64,000 nt of DNA from Harriotta raleighana (taxonomy: Eukaryota). The stretch covers positions 1,929,487 to 1,993,486 of the forward strand of contig JBNZDD010013687.1 in assembly GCA_050575255.1 (NCBI GenBank), read 5' to 3'. Under the pieces are notes generated by a model. That model searched no databases, was not told the origin of the DNA, and saw only the letters and a list, made by a program, of their open reading frames with translations. Made by a program: the position numbers and the translations under genes. Each line of letters starts with the position of its first letter. Within the stretch, counting starts at the first letter, position 1. Shown one piece after another: positions 51,613-64,000 of the stretch.

Positions 51613-52212
51613 TAGTGAAAGCCCGTTTATCCAGCACTAATGGGACCTGGCCAGTGCCGGTTAAACGGCTTTCTGGATTGAACGTTTTTTTAATAAAAAA
51701 TTTATAAACACATACCATATTAATAATAGACTAAATAACAACAGAAAATAACAGAATATTTCATGGGTACTTGTAAATGTTGTACACTGTACCATATAAA
51801 CAAGACTAAATAGATTAATAACAGATACTGTAATAACAGAATATTGTATAGGTACTTTATTGTAAATATTGTAGACTGTACCATATAAATAATAGACTAA
51901 TTACACTAATAGCAGATACTATAATAACAGAATATTGAATTAGTATTTTATTATTTCTACTTAATTTCTGCAATGGCCGCCACAGGAGGAAAACCAAACG
52001 ACAGCGAGATTTTTTTTAAAATTGCAGTAGCGCGACTTTGGACTTGACTAGCAGCAAGCCGATATACCTGTACAGTACTCGCGTGCGACAATCGATTCAT
52101 TAAATGCATCATTACTATTCTGCCAGATAACTATCGAATCGGGACTTTTTTTGAGGTTCTGGTTCGACGGGATTTCCAGTTCATCAAGTCACGGATAAAC
52201 GGACTTTTATTG
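51613..52212. mobile_element. pogo/Tigger-like MITE with internal minisatellite
   Basis: TA-flanked imperfect TIRs tagtgaaagcccgtttatcc and ggataaacggacttttattg. Homologous to 920-1599. Confidence 0.8.
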
Positions 52213-52965
52213 TACAATGATTATAGCAGGCCTAGTACAGTAAATGCCTATTTACAGAATTAAGTAAAGCACTGTGATTTTTTTAAACTCTGGACTCAGA
52301 AAACATGAGTCACTAAAAAAAAATGTAGCACAATTGGGACCTGTTCCCGAATCTAAGAACAGGCAGATGTGTAGTTATATTGGGAATAATATACTGGTAA
52401 TGTATATTACAGTACAACTAAAATGAGGCAGGGATTGGGGATTCATAGGAATATACTTGTGTGCTGAATGTTAAATTTTTATGTTGCCTTGGGAATATTT
52501 GTTGCCTTCAAAATGGAACATAATCCGGGCTACATTTGCTGTCACCCCTTATCATGATAAGTGGCTGGGCAATTTTCTTGAATTCCAAGCAGCTGGAGCA
52601 ATCCGTAGAGGTGAATGGCTGTAATAGTTGCAGGAATCTGGAAAATAAAAAGCACATGGAAGATTCTTTGCTTATACTAAGACCGGTCTGGTAAATATTA
52701 ATGTTTGGACGTTGAACTCAGAAAATGAAAGAAAAATGCATAACTCACTGCTTTTGTTTATCAAATTAAAAAAAACTGAATTCTAGTGTTTAGTTCCAAA
52801 AGTGAGTTATGATTGCTCTGTTTATCCTGAAACATATTGCAAGTGCAGAGGATATTATCACATGAGCTTCCTTTCAGCTCTTTCCACAGATGACCCTTGT
52901 CCTGTCCTGAAATTAGTCCCAGACTTAATTCACATTTTTAGTTCAATTCAAATACCCATGCACAT

Positions 52966-53090
52966 CATAGAATTATATAGCACAGAAGGAGGCCATTCGC
53001 CCCATCGTGTCTGTGTTGGCTCTTTGCAAAGAGCTGTCCAAATCAATCGAACTCCCCCACTTTCTCCCCAAAGTCCTGCAAACTTATCCT
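52966..53090 (-). mobile_element. CR1-like 3' end fragment
   Basis: catagaattatatagcacagaaggaggccattcgccccatcg. Confidence 0.65.
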
Positions 53091-53283
53091 CCCAATGTAG
53101 ACACATACTTATGGAAAGAAGAACTCCCCTTTACTTTTGTTCTGTAATGCAATCTAAATGTATTGAAAAATACTGTTTAAAAAAAGAGAGAAAATAATTT
53201 GTATGTGTTTTCAGTTACCAGGTAACCTCATTTGAAATTGTGCCTCTGATTTGATAAGATGACAAACTGCAGAAATACTATTA

Positions 53284-53670
53284 CAGTAAAACCCCATTTA
53301 TCCAGCACCCTCAGGGGGGTCGACTAATTGACTGTGCCGGATAAACGGGCAGCAAGTTGTCGAAAACCCAACATAAAAAATTAACTTATTTTAAAACATA
53401 CCATTTTAATAATAGACTAAATAGTAACAGAATATTGTATGAATACTTACCAATAAAGCATTCCAGCACAGTTGGTAAAATGATCGGTAAAAAAGCATTT
53501 TTTACCGATCTGTAAAAACCCAAGTTTGTAAGTTTAATAAGTGCACATGCGCACACATTGCACGCATGCGCAAAGTGAGCAAACTTGCGATTGCTGGAAT
53601 GGGGGATTGCCCCGGGAGGGGGTCGAGCAATCCGGTTGATCGGGTCACGGATTATCAAGGTTTTTCCAGT
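53284..53670. mobile_element. Related MITE, shorter derivative
   Basis: TA+cagtaaaaccccattatcc left TIR and cacggattatcaaggttttt right end. Shares the aacataccat.ttaataatagactaaata core with 51613-52212 and 62670-63012. Confidence 0.75.
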
Positions 53671-53779
53671 TTTGCCAGATTCCATGGGTTTTGCGACCAA
53701 TAGCTAATAGATCATGTCTGAGAGCACCAAACTTGTGAATTATGCACGATGCATGATGTCTCTTCATTATATTTTACAG

Positions 53780-54176
53780 GAGGATATTGATGGCCAGTCT
53801 GAGGCTGTCTTTGGACCTTTGATCGTGGCAGTGGTGCTTCACCTTCCAAAAGACGCAGCAGTGGAGTGGCATGTTGTAGCCCTAACTGATGACCCCTGCA
53901 AGCGGAAATCATTCAGCATGAATCAGATACTGGATGATTGTAAAATTGACTGTGAAGTAGTCGAGTCAAGCCTCTTGTCAAGTGCTGCTATCTCATTGAC
54001 CCTGAGCCTTCTCTTGCCATCAGTAACTTCTTTGCACCTAAACACTGTGATGAAAGAACTCGCTACTATGTTACAGAAAGCTCTGGATAAGCTCCCCGAA
54101 GATATCATCCAAACCCCACTGTGTTTCAGGGCATTCTACCGGAAGGATGCCATGGATGCTAACTCTATGGAAATAG
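53780..54176 (+). CDS. DPH6: DPH6 exon, end of Rid domain 2 plus C-terminal extension
   Basis: Acceptor attttacag|. Translates EDIDGQSEAVFGPLIVAVVLHLPKDAAVEWHVVA... with the Rid LP.xA.VE motif. Donor ATAG|gtaaga at 54177; phase 0 to 1. No convincing next exon found inside the window. Confidence 0.93.
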
Positions 54177-55174
54177 GTAAGACTATCACATTGATCGTAT
54201 TGTTTAGCTGTGTGCAGAAATCATAGAACCTTTATACAGGATTGTTTTGCATACTGCCAGCTATGAAACATAACAGATCTTCTGATAACCCAGTAACAAT
54301 TTTCTTACTGAATCACTGGATGGAGACATCTGCAAATAACACATCAGTGACATGTGCCTTCAGGTCCTATTCTGTTTATTAGCATTTCCGTATTTCTTGT
54401 TGCCTGGCAATGCTTCACACATTGTTATTAGGAAACACTGCAAAACCAAAACATGCAATATAATCTGATTTTTTTTTAAACAAAAGAAACTATTGCTCAA
54501 TGATGAACTGGCTCTGAAGTGACATTCCTGGCAATGGACTGCAGAATCAAGCCAGTCCTCTAGTGGTCTTGGGAGACTGGTTCCTGAGCCAAGGTGGCAG
54601 CACAACAAGCCTGGCTTATCAGCAGTCTCTTGAAGCAGACCAGTCACTGGGGGCAGGGAGTTATCCCACTCAGGGCCTGTTAACCCTCCAAGACAATACC
54701 ATAACGTGTTAGGGGTGGTCCTAGCTGGACAAGCTTGCCGGATAGCAATATCAATGGCAACTGATGTGGTTTTAGCTGGTTTGACTCCAGCAGTTCACTC
54801 TGGGGTTCCTAAGCCTTGGCTCTTGCCAAACTGTGCCTAATGCTTTCCGGAATTGGGGGGATAAAATGTGTCCCTCCAGGGAGAAAGTGCACATTCCATT
54901 CCAACAGTCTACCTCTGGGATGTGTAAGTGGGATACATGGAAGTCTCAGCTTGGTTTGGATATTCGTAAGAAAGGTGATGGATTTCCTCAGGTAAAGGAA
55001 ATCCCGGCTGATCGAAATGTTGTTTTAAATGGTGAATTTATGGCAGTAGTTGAGTTTGGGAGCCATGGCACCATCCTGAATGTTTGTGATTCATTCTTCA
55101 AATACTTTGAAGCGTCCTCCAGAAACGCACTGTGCTGTGTAAATGTACATTATATACATTGTATTGATAATAAA

Positions 55175-55420
55175 TACAACCTTACATTTTGTATGGTGCC
55201 TTTCATATCATAAAGATGTCCAAAGCGCTTCACGGGAAATACTGTAAAGTGGAGTGGCTGGGTGTTTTGTGGGTAAATGCAGCAGCCAATATAGGCACAG
55301 CAATGATCAACAAACAGGAAGTGAAAGACTTATTTAGGGATTATTGGCCAGACAAACAGGAGAAACTTCCTTCTTCTTTCTAGTAGTGCCATGGGATCTT
55401 TAACGTCTACCTGATAGCTC
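55175..55420 (-). mobile_element. Older Deu-type SINE fragment
   Basis: gatgtccaaagcgcttcac...gcagccaat...tagtgccatgggatctttaacgtctacctga. Confidence 0.7.
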
Positions 55421-55502
55421 ATGATGCACTAGTCCTAAGTCATAAATGTTCTATTTCATAACTCAGTGTCAGCATTGATTATCAGTTGTTGATCTAAATC
55501 CA

Positions 55503-55865
55503 GATTCCCTGCTTTTGTTAGTCTAAATTGATGTGAATAAGCAGAACAGTAACAGAATAAAACTGCGTAACCACAGCGACTATTATTGTCGCTCTCAGTT
55601 TGATAGTCAGTCAAGTAACAAAGATAAAATCTGACTTGAATACCACAAAGTCTTCCTCACAGAATTATTGGTTTTGCAATAAGATCACTCAAAAATATTG
55701 TCAGTTACTTTTGCATCGATTGTATGAGTTGGTACACTGTTCTTTAAAATGTGACAGTAGGGAATAACAATTTTTCTTAAACAAATAAATGTCAAATCTT
55801 CAATAGAAGAAAGTGTTAGTAGCTGAGAAGTGGAATGAAACACCCTCATTTTATACAATTTTTTT
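55503..55865 (+). repeat. About 350-bp dispersed duplicate, copy 1
   Basis: Matches 58318-58663 with substitutions and small indels. Confidence 0.9.
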
Positions 55866-57182
55866 AGAAAGCCATGAGTAGGTTGAATTTAGAATCTGTT
55901 TTTAAAATCTGACTTAGGACTGAACAGCAATGTTTAAAGGAAACAAAACAACACAAATTCCTGTGACCACAAATCAATGTTATGCAGAGACTACCTGGTA
56001 AAAGAATCCTCTAAACTGGAATTAGTTTCCGGTCGATATTGAGAGTCAGTACTATAGTTGTTTTGTTTTATTGTACATTCATGGAAATGAATCCCATGGG
56101 GTCTGTCTTAGTTTGTGTGGTTTTTTTAAACAATGTAACAAAAAAACTGATATAAAAACCGGGTTGCTATTCTTGACATGTAATGATATGATTTACCCAA
56201 AACACAATACACACTATGGCATTATTGTGGAATTATTCCAGCATCTGCTACCTCCCTGGAAGAAAATAGTCTACAGATGTTTCTTTTTGTACATTTGGTC
56301 ACATTACTATAGTGCTGTTGTAGCACAATGACTAATTATAGGATTTACCAGCTTGGCATGTGATCTCTCCCCTAAACACAGTCAGATAACCACTTAATAA
56401 TACATTGGAGCTCACTTGGAACAATTGTGATACAACCAAATTATGCTTCAGGTCAAAAGTCTGCCATGTACAAAATCAATTCCATTCCCTGTATTACAAA
56501 ATGTCTTTGTTGACTCCTGTTCTATAAGATCAAATCTCACTTAAGACTTCAACCATAATTTTAGCCCACTGTCATTTAGGGTCAAATTCTAAGATACTGT
56601 ATTTTTATTAACGTATTACAACACTACTTGATAGAATCATTGTGTGCTCAAAAAGGATTCTGCAGTTATAAACCTATTTTCTTAACACTTGTATCCAATG
56701 AGAGGAAAATACCCACCACATTGTTAAACTTAAACACAAAAGAATAGGACTCCAATGCAGAGCAACACAGAATGGTAGTATGCAGCATTGTGTCCACAAT
56801 TTCCATGTGCTGAGCATAAACCAAATGTGAGCAAACTTTTCAAGAGAAAATGTCACACAAAGATCAGCATCTCCTTGACAGCCTTTGTTTCTTTGTAATG
56901 CTCTTCTACTACCATTACCACATACTAACATTTACAGCCCGGGGCACTGTATGAAAAGCGAATAATACATGTATAAACAAACACATTCACTGTTGCCTCA
57001 TTACTGTAATTTTTCTGTATTAAGGGTGCACTGATATGTGCCATGAATTAATATGTTTTATATTGCAAAGATTTACTTTCCCTGCTGTGGATTAGTCATG
57101 CATCATGCTACATTCTTTGGCCTTCTAAATGGTCCTAAAGTGCAGAAAAGGCAAGCTGGATGCGTACTAAATGAGGCAAAAA

Positions 57183-57338
57183 TTATAATTTGGTCACTCA
57201 ATCCATGACTGTTTGTGGGACACTGCTGTGCACAATTGGCTGCCATGTTTCACCCACAAAATTCACTTTACAGCATACTCTGTGAAACATCCTAAAGACA
57301 TGATAAGGCACTTATCAATTGTAACGATTATTATTGTT
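57183..57338 (+). mobile_element. 5'-truncated SINE
   Basis: tggtcactcaatccatgactgtttgtgggacactgctgtgcacaattggctgcc...attattattg. Confidence 0.85.
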
Positions 57339-58317
57339 GAAAACAATGGGAATACAGACAGTTGTTAGAAGTACAAAATCAAACATTTAGCATTTCAGTG
57401 GCCCAGTGATGTAACACGAGTGCATCAATGTGTGAAAACTTATAAAGGAAAATCATAAGGAATAAGGAGCTTCTTTTAGCATAAAATATCAATATAAAAC
57501 AACAAATTTTTGCTTTTGGATATGTTTATTTTCTGAAATAACTCAATTTTATAGCTTCCATTTTGGCTGTGAGAAAAATTGTACATTTTCTGTGGCGGCG
57601 TTAATTGCTACAGTGCAGTTTTGTTAGAATAATTTATTTATTCATGCATATAGAATCAAATTTGTGATATCATGCCTCAAGATGGATCATTGCACTACAC
57701 TATTTACAAACCGACAAACTGTCCAGTTGTTCATTTTAGTAAGTTAACTACAAGCAGGTATTGTGTGAGAATTGGAAAACTCAACAGTAAGTGAATTGCG
57801 GTACTCTAAGTCAAAAACTAAAGCCTAAGAGAAATAATGCAATAGTAATTGGTACTTACAACCAGGCAGCTTAGAGACAATAAGATAATGAGAAAGTAAA
57901 AGAATGAGCTAATGATAAATTAATTTCCATGCTGGAATTATGGTAGCTTTACTGTTTGCAATTTAGAGAATTGTTTAAGGAGTTCTGGTTGCAGAGTGAG
58001 ACTTGTAGACACAATCATTTATTTTACTACACTTCACTATGAACATTGACATTACTAATAGTTGATTTATCTTTCATTTCCAGAAAGAAGGTACCACTTA
58101 GTATAAAACAAGACTAGCATAGAATATTACTTACTATGCCACAAACTCCATATGTGCATTTCTTTTAAGTTCCAATCCATCTTTTGTTTAAGTAATTTCA
58201 TATTTAAGTTCCTTTACTCCGCTAAAATCAGGGATTCTCTTCAAAACTGAAGAACATTTTCTGAGCAGGTTTACATCGTTGCTTTCCCAGCTATATTTAC
58301 CAAACTTTATTGAAAAA

Positions 58318-58663
58318 GATTTCTGCTTTTGTTAGTCTAAATTCATGTGGATAAGTAGAATAAAACTGAGCAACCACAACATATTATTCCTATTATTGTT
58401 GCTCACAGTTTGATAGTCAGTAAAGTAATAAAGATAGAATCTGACTTGAATACCACAAAGTCTTCCTCACAATATTATTGGTTTACAATAAGATCTCTCA
58501 AAAATATTGTCAGTTACTTTTGCATTGATTGTACAGTATTCTTTAGAATGTGACAGTGGGGAATAACAATTTTTCTAAAACAAATGAATGTCAAATCTTC
58601 AATAGACGAAAGTGTTCGTAACTGAGAAGTGGAATGAAACACTCTCATTTTACACAATTTTTT
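58318..58663 (+). repeat. About 350-bp dispersed duplicate, copy 2
   Basis: ctgcttttgttagtctaaatt...ctgacttgaataccacaaagtcttcctcaca...gagaagtggaatgaaacac is shared with 55503-55865. Confidence 0.9.
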
Positions 58664-61600
58664 CTTGCCATTGAACTGGAATTTGTTACCTTTTCCAGCA
58701 ATGTGCAGTTATGCCCTTGATTGATGCTGTGGGGCTTATTTATGGGTCAGAGCATTGATTAGAGGCAAGATTCAATGTGTTTTGCAGAAAATAAAGAGCA
58801 ATAATGATGGCTTCAATAAAAAGAAATTGCAGTGTTAAATGTTTTAAAATAGGCTCTTCAGAAAACATATTCATTTGGAAAAAGCCATATGTTTTCCATA
58901 TATGAATTAAACAGTTTAATTATCATACTTATGCTAGATTACTATCTTACACTGACAGCTCAATCTTTTCCTTCTTGATTACTTTATTTAAAGTGTCTAA
59001 AGTTGATGTTCACTCAGCTTTTCAATGCATTATGCAACGTCATAGATGAAATTCATTATCTGTTTGGTTAATATTACTGACAACAAATTTACTGGGTTTA
59101 TTCCTTATGGCTTGTATTGTACAGATGGGAATAGTAGAATTTATTACTACATCTGATATGATTCTGGGAATAGGCTACTTCTGTGGCAATTTTACAAAAT
59201 TCAAATTTTTTTCTTAGAGAAAAGAGTAAATTATTCATTTTACTCTTGGTTAGTGAATAAATGAACTAAGAAAACTATTGGATCAAAGAATTGAGTTTAA
59301 GTTTTGTCCCATTACATCATGTTTCCTGGATGATAGAAGTTTTATGTTTTAAAATATCAACTAGTAAAGCAGTGTGGAAGTGTGGTTCATCTGTATAAAA
59401 TGAGCCAGTTAATGAATTGTCTAAGAAACAACTTTAGACAATGTGCATTTGCCGTATCTGAGAATTTATGATGGCTCTTGGCGTATGACCCTTGGCTCAC
59501 TGAGGATGTTGAACAATCCCTTTTATGAAAAATTATCTAGTGATTCCTTAAAATAATTCATTTTTTATTCTGTTTATTTTGCTTGCTCTTTAAATAAGGA
59601 GATTCCATTTAAAATAGTTTCTTGAGATGAAGGTGCAATGAATCATACCTAAATAGCAGATGCAACCTCAATTATTTTGTCATGGTAATTCTCAGTTGAA
59701 TAGCTGTGCATGGATGACTAACACATCGATAGAAGGGTTGATGATTCTGAAATGTTTTCTCAAATATAGTGTGAAGAGCCAGTAGTTGTTCATGTGTACT
59801 TTCACAGTCTTTAATAGCATGTTAAAATAGCAGGGCCTTGCAATATTTTTCACTCCTCATGCTGTGACACAATTCCACCAATTTACAGAGTTAATAGGCA
59901 AAATATAAATGACTAATTTCTATAAGGCCTCTCAAGCATGCTTTGAAAGTCTTGAATTGTGACTTCATGACTTTTAGTTGCGCAGCCTTCCTTGATCAAT
60001 GAGGTGAAAACTAGCCAAGACAGTGAGGGGGACAGATTTATTTTACTTCCAGAGGCGTGAAGAAAATTGCCAAATAATCTCAGTGCTGCTACCTAACCTG
60101 GACTTCAAGGAGTGGCAGTGCTATTAGGTAAATGTGTTCATTCCTTTTCAAAGTGTTCAGATTTGGTTTGGCTGTAACTGTAAAACTGAGGAAGAGTTGA
60201 GACTTTTGAAAACAACATTTTAAAAAAAACACAAGCAGCTGGAAGTGGAAACTTCCTTACCTTTTCGAATACATCCCTTTTATTCTCATTGAGGTTTATT
60301 TATGTGGACTAGGTTGACGACCCAACCTCAATTTCCATGGTACTTTGCTGAGTCTCCAGTTCCTTGGTATGTTGCCTGAGGCACTGACTGAGCTGATCTT
60401 GACTCTTGAATACTTGTGAGCATACATTCTATATCGTACTATGCTCTCTTTCTCTACTACTTTCCGAGCCTTTGACTGACTTTTGGATCTCGGATGAGAA
60501 ACTGTGATATAGTTAAATAGAGGCAGGCTTTTGTCAAAAAAACAATTGAGCCATGTCTGCAGTTTGACCACTGTGGTTTGCTTATTCAGTACCTTTAGAA
60601 TCTGACCATTAATTTGCTGCATATTATTGCATTCTCAAGAATAAATGTTTATCCTAAAAGATCAGCCCGATTTCTCTGATGCGCCTGAGAGAACTTAATT
60701 AGTGTAAAGTTTCAAAGAAAGTACACCTCTTTTGGTAAAGGCATGAAGCCATATGTTCTGGCACGAATCGTCATATTGTAATTGTTTCAGGCCTCTCAGC
60801 ATACGCTTTAGGTATTATCAGTTTTTTCAGACATATATGCTCCACATAAGAAATCGATTATTCAGGGTGTTGAAGCTCAATTGAATGAAATCCATCTGCA
60901 GCATTAGAACTTTGTTGTTGCCTACAGTAGCACAAAGCCCTGTCAGATACAGATTTTACAACAACATGCATTTACCATACAATACATTAAATTAGTATAG
61001 GGTAAGCTAAAACAATCATCCGTCAAGAAACCACATGTGAAATAACAAACTACTTTTGTTTGAAAAGAATGTCAATTATATGTATTTTTTAATTCTGTAG
61101 ATACATATGTGCAATTAAAAATTAAATTAACTATCTTCTCATTTCCTTTATTTTGTTCTGGTTCCTTTCTTATTTAATTAACAAATAGATCAGAAATATT
61201 ATTCAGGATCAAAATTAAGTTCCAGATGCTCCTTCTGGCCAGAAAAAATATTGCAACAATATTGATGGCTTCACCAGTGTCTTCTGGCTGATTACAGATC
61301 AATACCTGCCATGCAGTGACAAATGAAGGGGAGGAGAAATAACTCGCCCATTATAAAAGATGACAAGTTTTCCTGAAGAGCAACAAACTGATTCACCTAG
61401 TTATTTTGGACTTTGCCCCACTGATGTTGTTCTCCATTTGAAACCATGTTCTAATTTTATCCTGCATAGCTGTCAGCACTGAGGCTTGTCTCATACAAGT
61501 ATAAGTGATGAAGGGTATTTATATGAAGCTGCATTGCAGATTTCAATAGTCACTCATAACTTCAGTCCACAATTGTGGAAATACCTAAATTAAAATTTCA

Positions 61601-62669
61601 ACTGTAAGTTTTTGTCGCTGAGCAGCTCTAGACTCTGCTTCTAGAATTCAAGGCATTCATTGTATACTTTCCATATCTGAGAATGGATTACTAATTACAT
61701 TGTTAGTTTTTCTGAACTTCCAGTAAATGCTCTGCAAAATGTTCCGGCAGGAATATATGAGGTGCCATGTAATGTGGCCCTGGATAGAAGACAATGCAGT
61801 TTTACACAGGTCTAGTATCCATTGCCTGAATCAGAAACATCTCAGTAACTCTTTAATGCTTCTTTTATTTTTGGAGGGTAATATTATCAAGTGCATTGAA
61901 TTATGTGCTATAGCATTGAACCTGAAGAGTGGGAAATTCAATCTCTCACTATTACTAGCTTTAAATCAAAACACTGCATTTGAAGAATTGGACTTGATAA
62001 TATTATTGGTTTTGTGAATCATCTAAGGTCACTGAGAAGATAAGTTAATTAAGATAAGTTTGAGTTATAAGTAATCAGAAATTGGAATGTTTGCTGTAAA
62101 GTACAAACATTCTCATAAAGTATATTATCAAATGGAACTTAATAAATTTCTGTATGAAGTAGGCAGTGTATTTATATCCAGCAGTCATCTCTCGACAAAC
62201 CTTTTGTTATGCAGGTCTCAGCCTTTACTTTTGATTGTTTCAGATCATTGAGTGCTTCATGAAGTCATGGTATGGTTTAGCCACTGATGCTTACTGATCC
62301 AATGCAAAGTGTCGCTTAAATATGATTCCTCCACATGAGTTTTCTCACTTCCAGCCTTTAACCACTAAAGGTTTCCGGGTATAATGTGTTTCAATTTTAG
62401 AATTTAAAAAGGGTTGAGTTTAGGTATTTGGCAATAAATTTGAATGCGACTTCACCTGCTATTTGTGTTGCAAGCTCATAATAGACATCAAGCATCAAGA
62501 CACAAGCAAATACTGTAGAAGTGAAATGGCTGACCCATCAGTGGGCACATCCAACTGCACACACAAAAAAAGTCCAGCTTGATCATTTAGATTAAGTGCC
62601 TTGGGATTTCCTCTTGATGTGAAAGGTGTTAAATAAATGCAAGTTGTTGTTAGATGCAACTTGGTATCC

Positions 62670-63012
62670 TGGGACAATCGTACAAAAATCCAACAAAAAT
62701 AATTGACTTATTTTAAAACATACCATATTAATAATAGACTAAATAATATCAGAATATTGTATGGATACGTACCAATAAAGCATTCCAGCAAACACGGTAA
62801 AATGATCAGTAAAAAAGCATTCCAGCGTTCGTCAAGTTTAATAAGTGCACATGCGCACACACATTGCATGCATGCGCAAAGTGAGTATACCATGAGTATC
62901 CCGGATTGCTATTATATGAGATGGTGAATGGTGGAATGGTGAATTGTATTGGGAGACACCGGTTGGTTGAGTATGCCGTTTGGTTGGGTACCAGATAAAC
63001 GAGGTTTTACTG
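62670..63012. mobile_element. Related MITE copy, left end decayed
   Basis: Body closely matches 53380-53580; right TIR ccagataaacgaggttttactg+TA. Confidence 0.78.
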
Positions 63013-63249
63013 TAGTCCAAATTGTACAAATTTTACAATTTGTCTGGTTTTAAACAGACATTCCCTTCATTTCATAAAGGCACTATACAAATGTAATTTT
63101 GTTGTTGTTATTTTTCCAATATCTCATGATTGAAACACAAAGATCTGTGTGTTTACGTCATGTAGTTTCTTTGCTTTATTGCTGAGATGAGCTTTCACAC
63201 TTTCCCACAGAACAATTTTTTTATTTGATTGATCCTAACTTGTCTTCCA

Positions 63250-63610
63250 ACAGATCGACTTCAAGGTCCTCACGTTTGCCTATAAATTGCATTTCACCCA
63301 ATGACCTCTATCTCTGTGATCTTCTTTCCCACTCTTCTACTTCTCTCTAGTGTTCTGCTAACTCGGGTCAAAAGTCTATTGGTGACCAAGCCTTCAATAA
63401 CTATGCCCCTAACTTTGAGAACTCTCTCCTTCGACCATTCCATCCGCCCTCTCTCTAACTATAAATTCCTCCTATAAACCTATTTCTTCAACCATGCCTA
63501 TGGTCCCTCACCTTCCTGACTTGCTTTATATCTGACCGCATTTTTGTGAAAAGGAACTCAGACATTATCCTACATGAAGTGTACTATATAAATATATGTT
63601 GTTGTTGTTT
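63250..63610 (+). mobile_element. L2 3' fragment
   Basis: IDFKVLTFAYK-like and G.QAF..YAP-like ORF2 remnants, then tail actatataaatatatgttgttgttg. Confidence 0.75.
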
Positions 63611-64000
63611 GTTTGTGTAAACGGTGGTATTTATGTTTCTGTGTTATTAGAGACGTCATATACTTTCATTGCCATCCAGTGACACTAACACACTTTTAAG
63701 ATTACCTATAATTATATGTATTATCTGATTGTTGGAATATATTACTTACCAAGTGGAAAATAACTATGTGAGTTGGTCTTTCAAAAAGATGCCTGGAGTT
63801 CCATCAGAGATAAACTTTTTCTTTGTTTAAAAAAAGATTTAATTGATTTGAGGAAACTGTACTGTAATATATTAGACTATTTAACCACTCATACTGTATA
63901 ATATTATCTTGATCACAATAGGTTAACTTATTTCATACGTTATAAAAGGTGATCACTTTGAAAAAATAATATTAACATTGTGTTCTAATAACTATGGGGC

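Noticed and set aside
51710-51950. Repeat-spacer-like array suggesting CRISPR
   Set aside because: The units are degenerate tandem copies without unique spacers, inside a MITE in a vertebrate intron, with no cas genes.
62200-62280. Possible terminal DPH6 exon acceptors (ttgttatgcag, ttgtttcag)
   Set aside because: In the required phase 1 both hit a stop within a few codons with no Rid-like sequence. The true next exon is probably beyond the window.

Overview
AT-rich, intron-dominated vertebrate genomic DNA. The repeat content (tRNA-head SINEs with Deu-like body and L2-type tail, L2 and CR1 LINE fragments) points to a cartilaginous fish, possibly a chimaera; that assignment is inference. The window lies inside one + strand gene, DPH6 (diphthine--ammonia ligase, ATPBD4), in its long form. 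Seven internal coding exons (193-286, 9077-9221, 10093-10224, 11323-11452, 12409-12583, 36601-36843, 53780-54176) have canonical AG/GT sites and compatible phases and join into a stop-free frame of about 438 codons. They encode the end of the amidase domain, a linker and tandem Rid/YjgF-like domains. The start and stop codons lie outside the window. The introns carry many SINEs, LINE remnants, four related pogo/Tigger-like MITEs, a decayed Gypsy-like RT, local duplications, two N-flanked assembly duplications and several enhancer-like blocks. Best leads: (1) the two Rid domains keep complementary halves of the RidA active site, with a possible third Rid-like unit, suggesting a single-chain pseudo-trimer; (2) a phase-symmetric 582-nt four-exon block sits between inverted near-identical SINEs and would give a stop-free circle; (3) a candidate poison exon; (4) a DR2/TALE motif cluster. 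No prokaryote-type system was found. Repeat boundaries are approximate.
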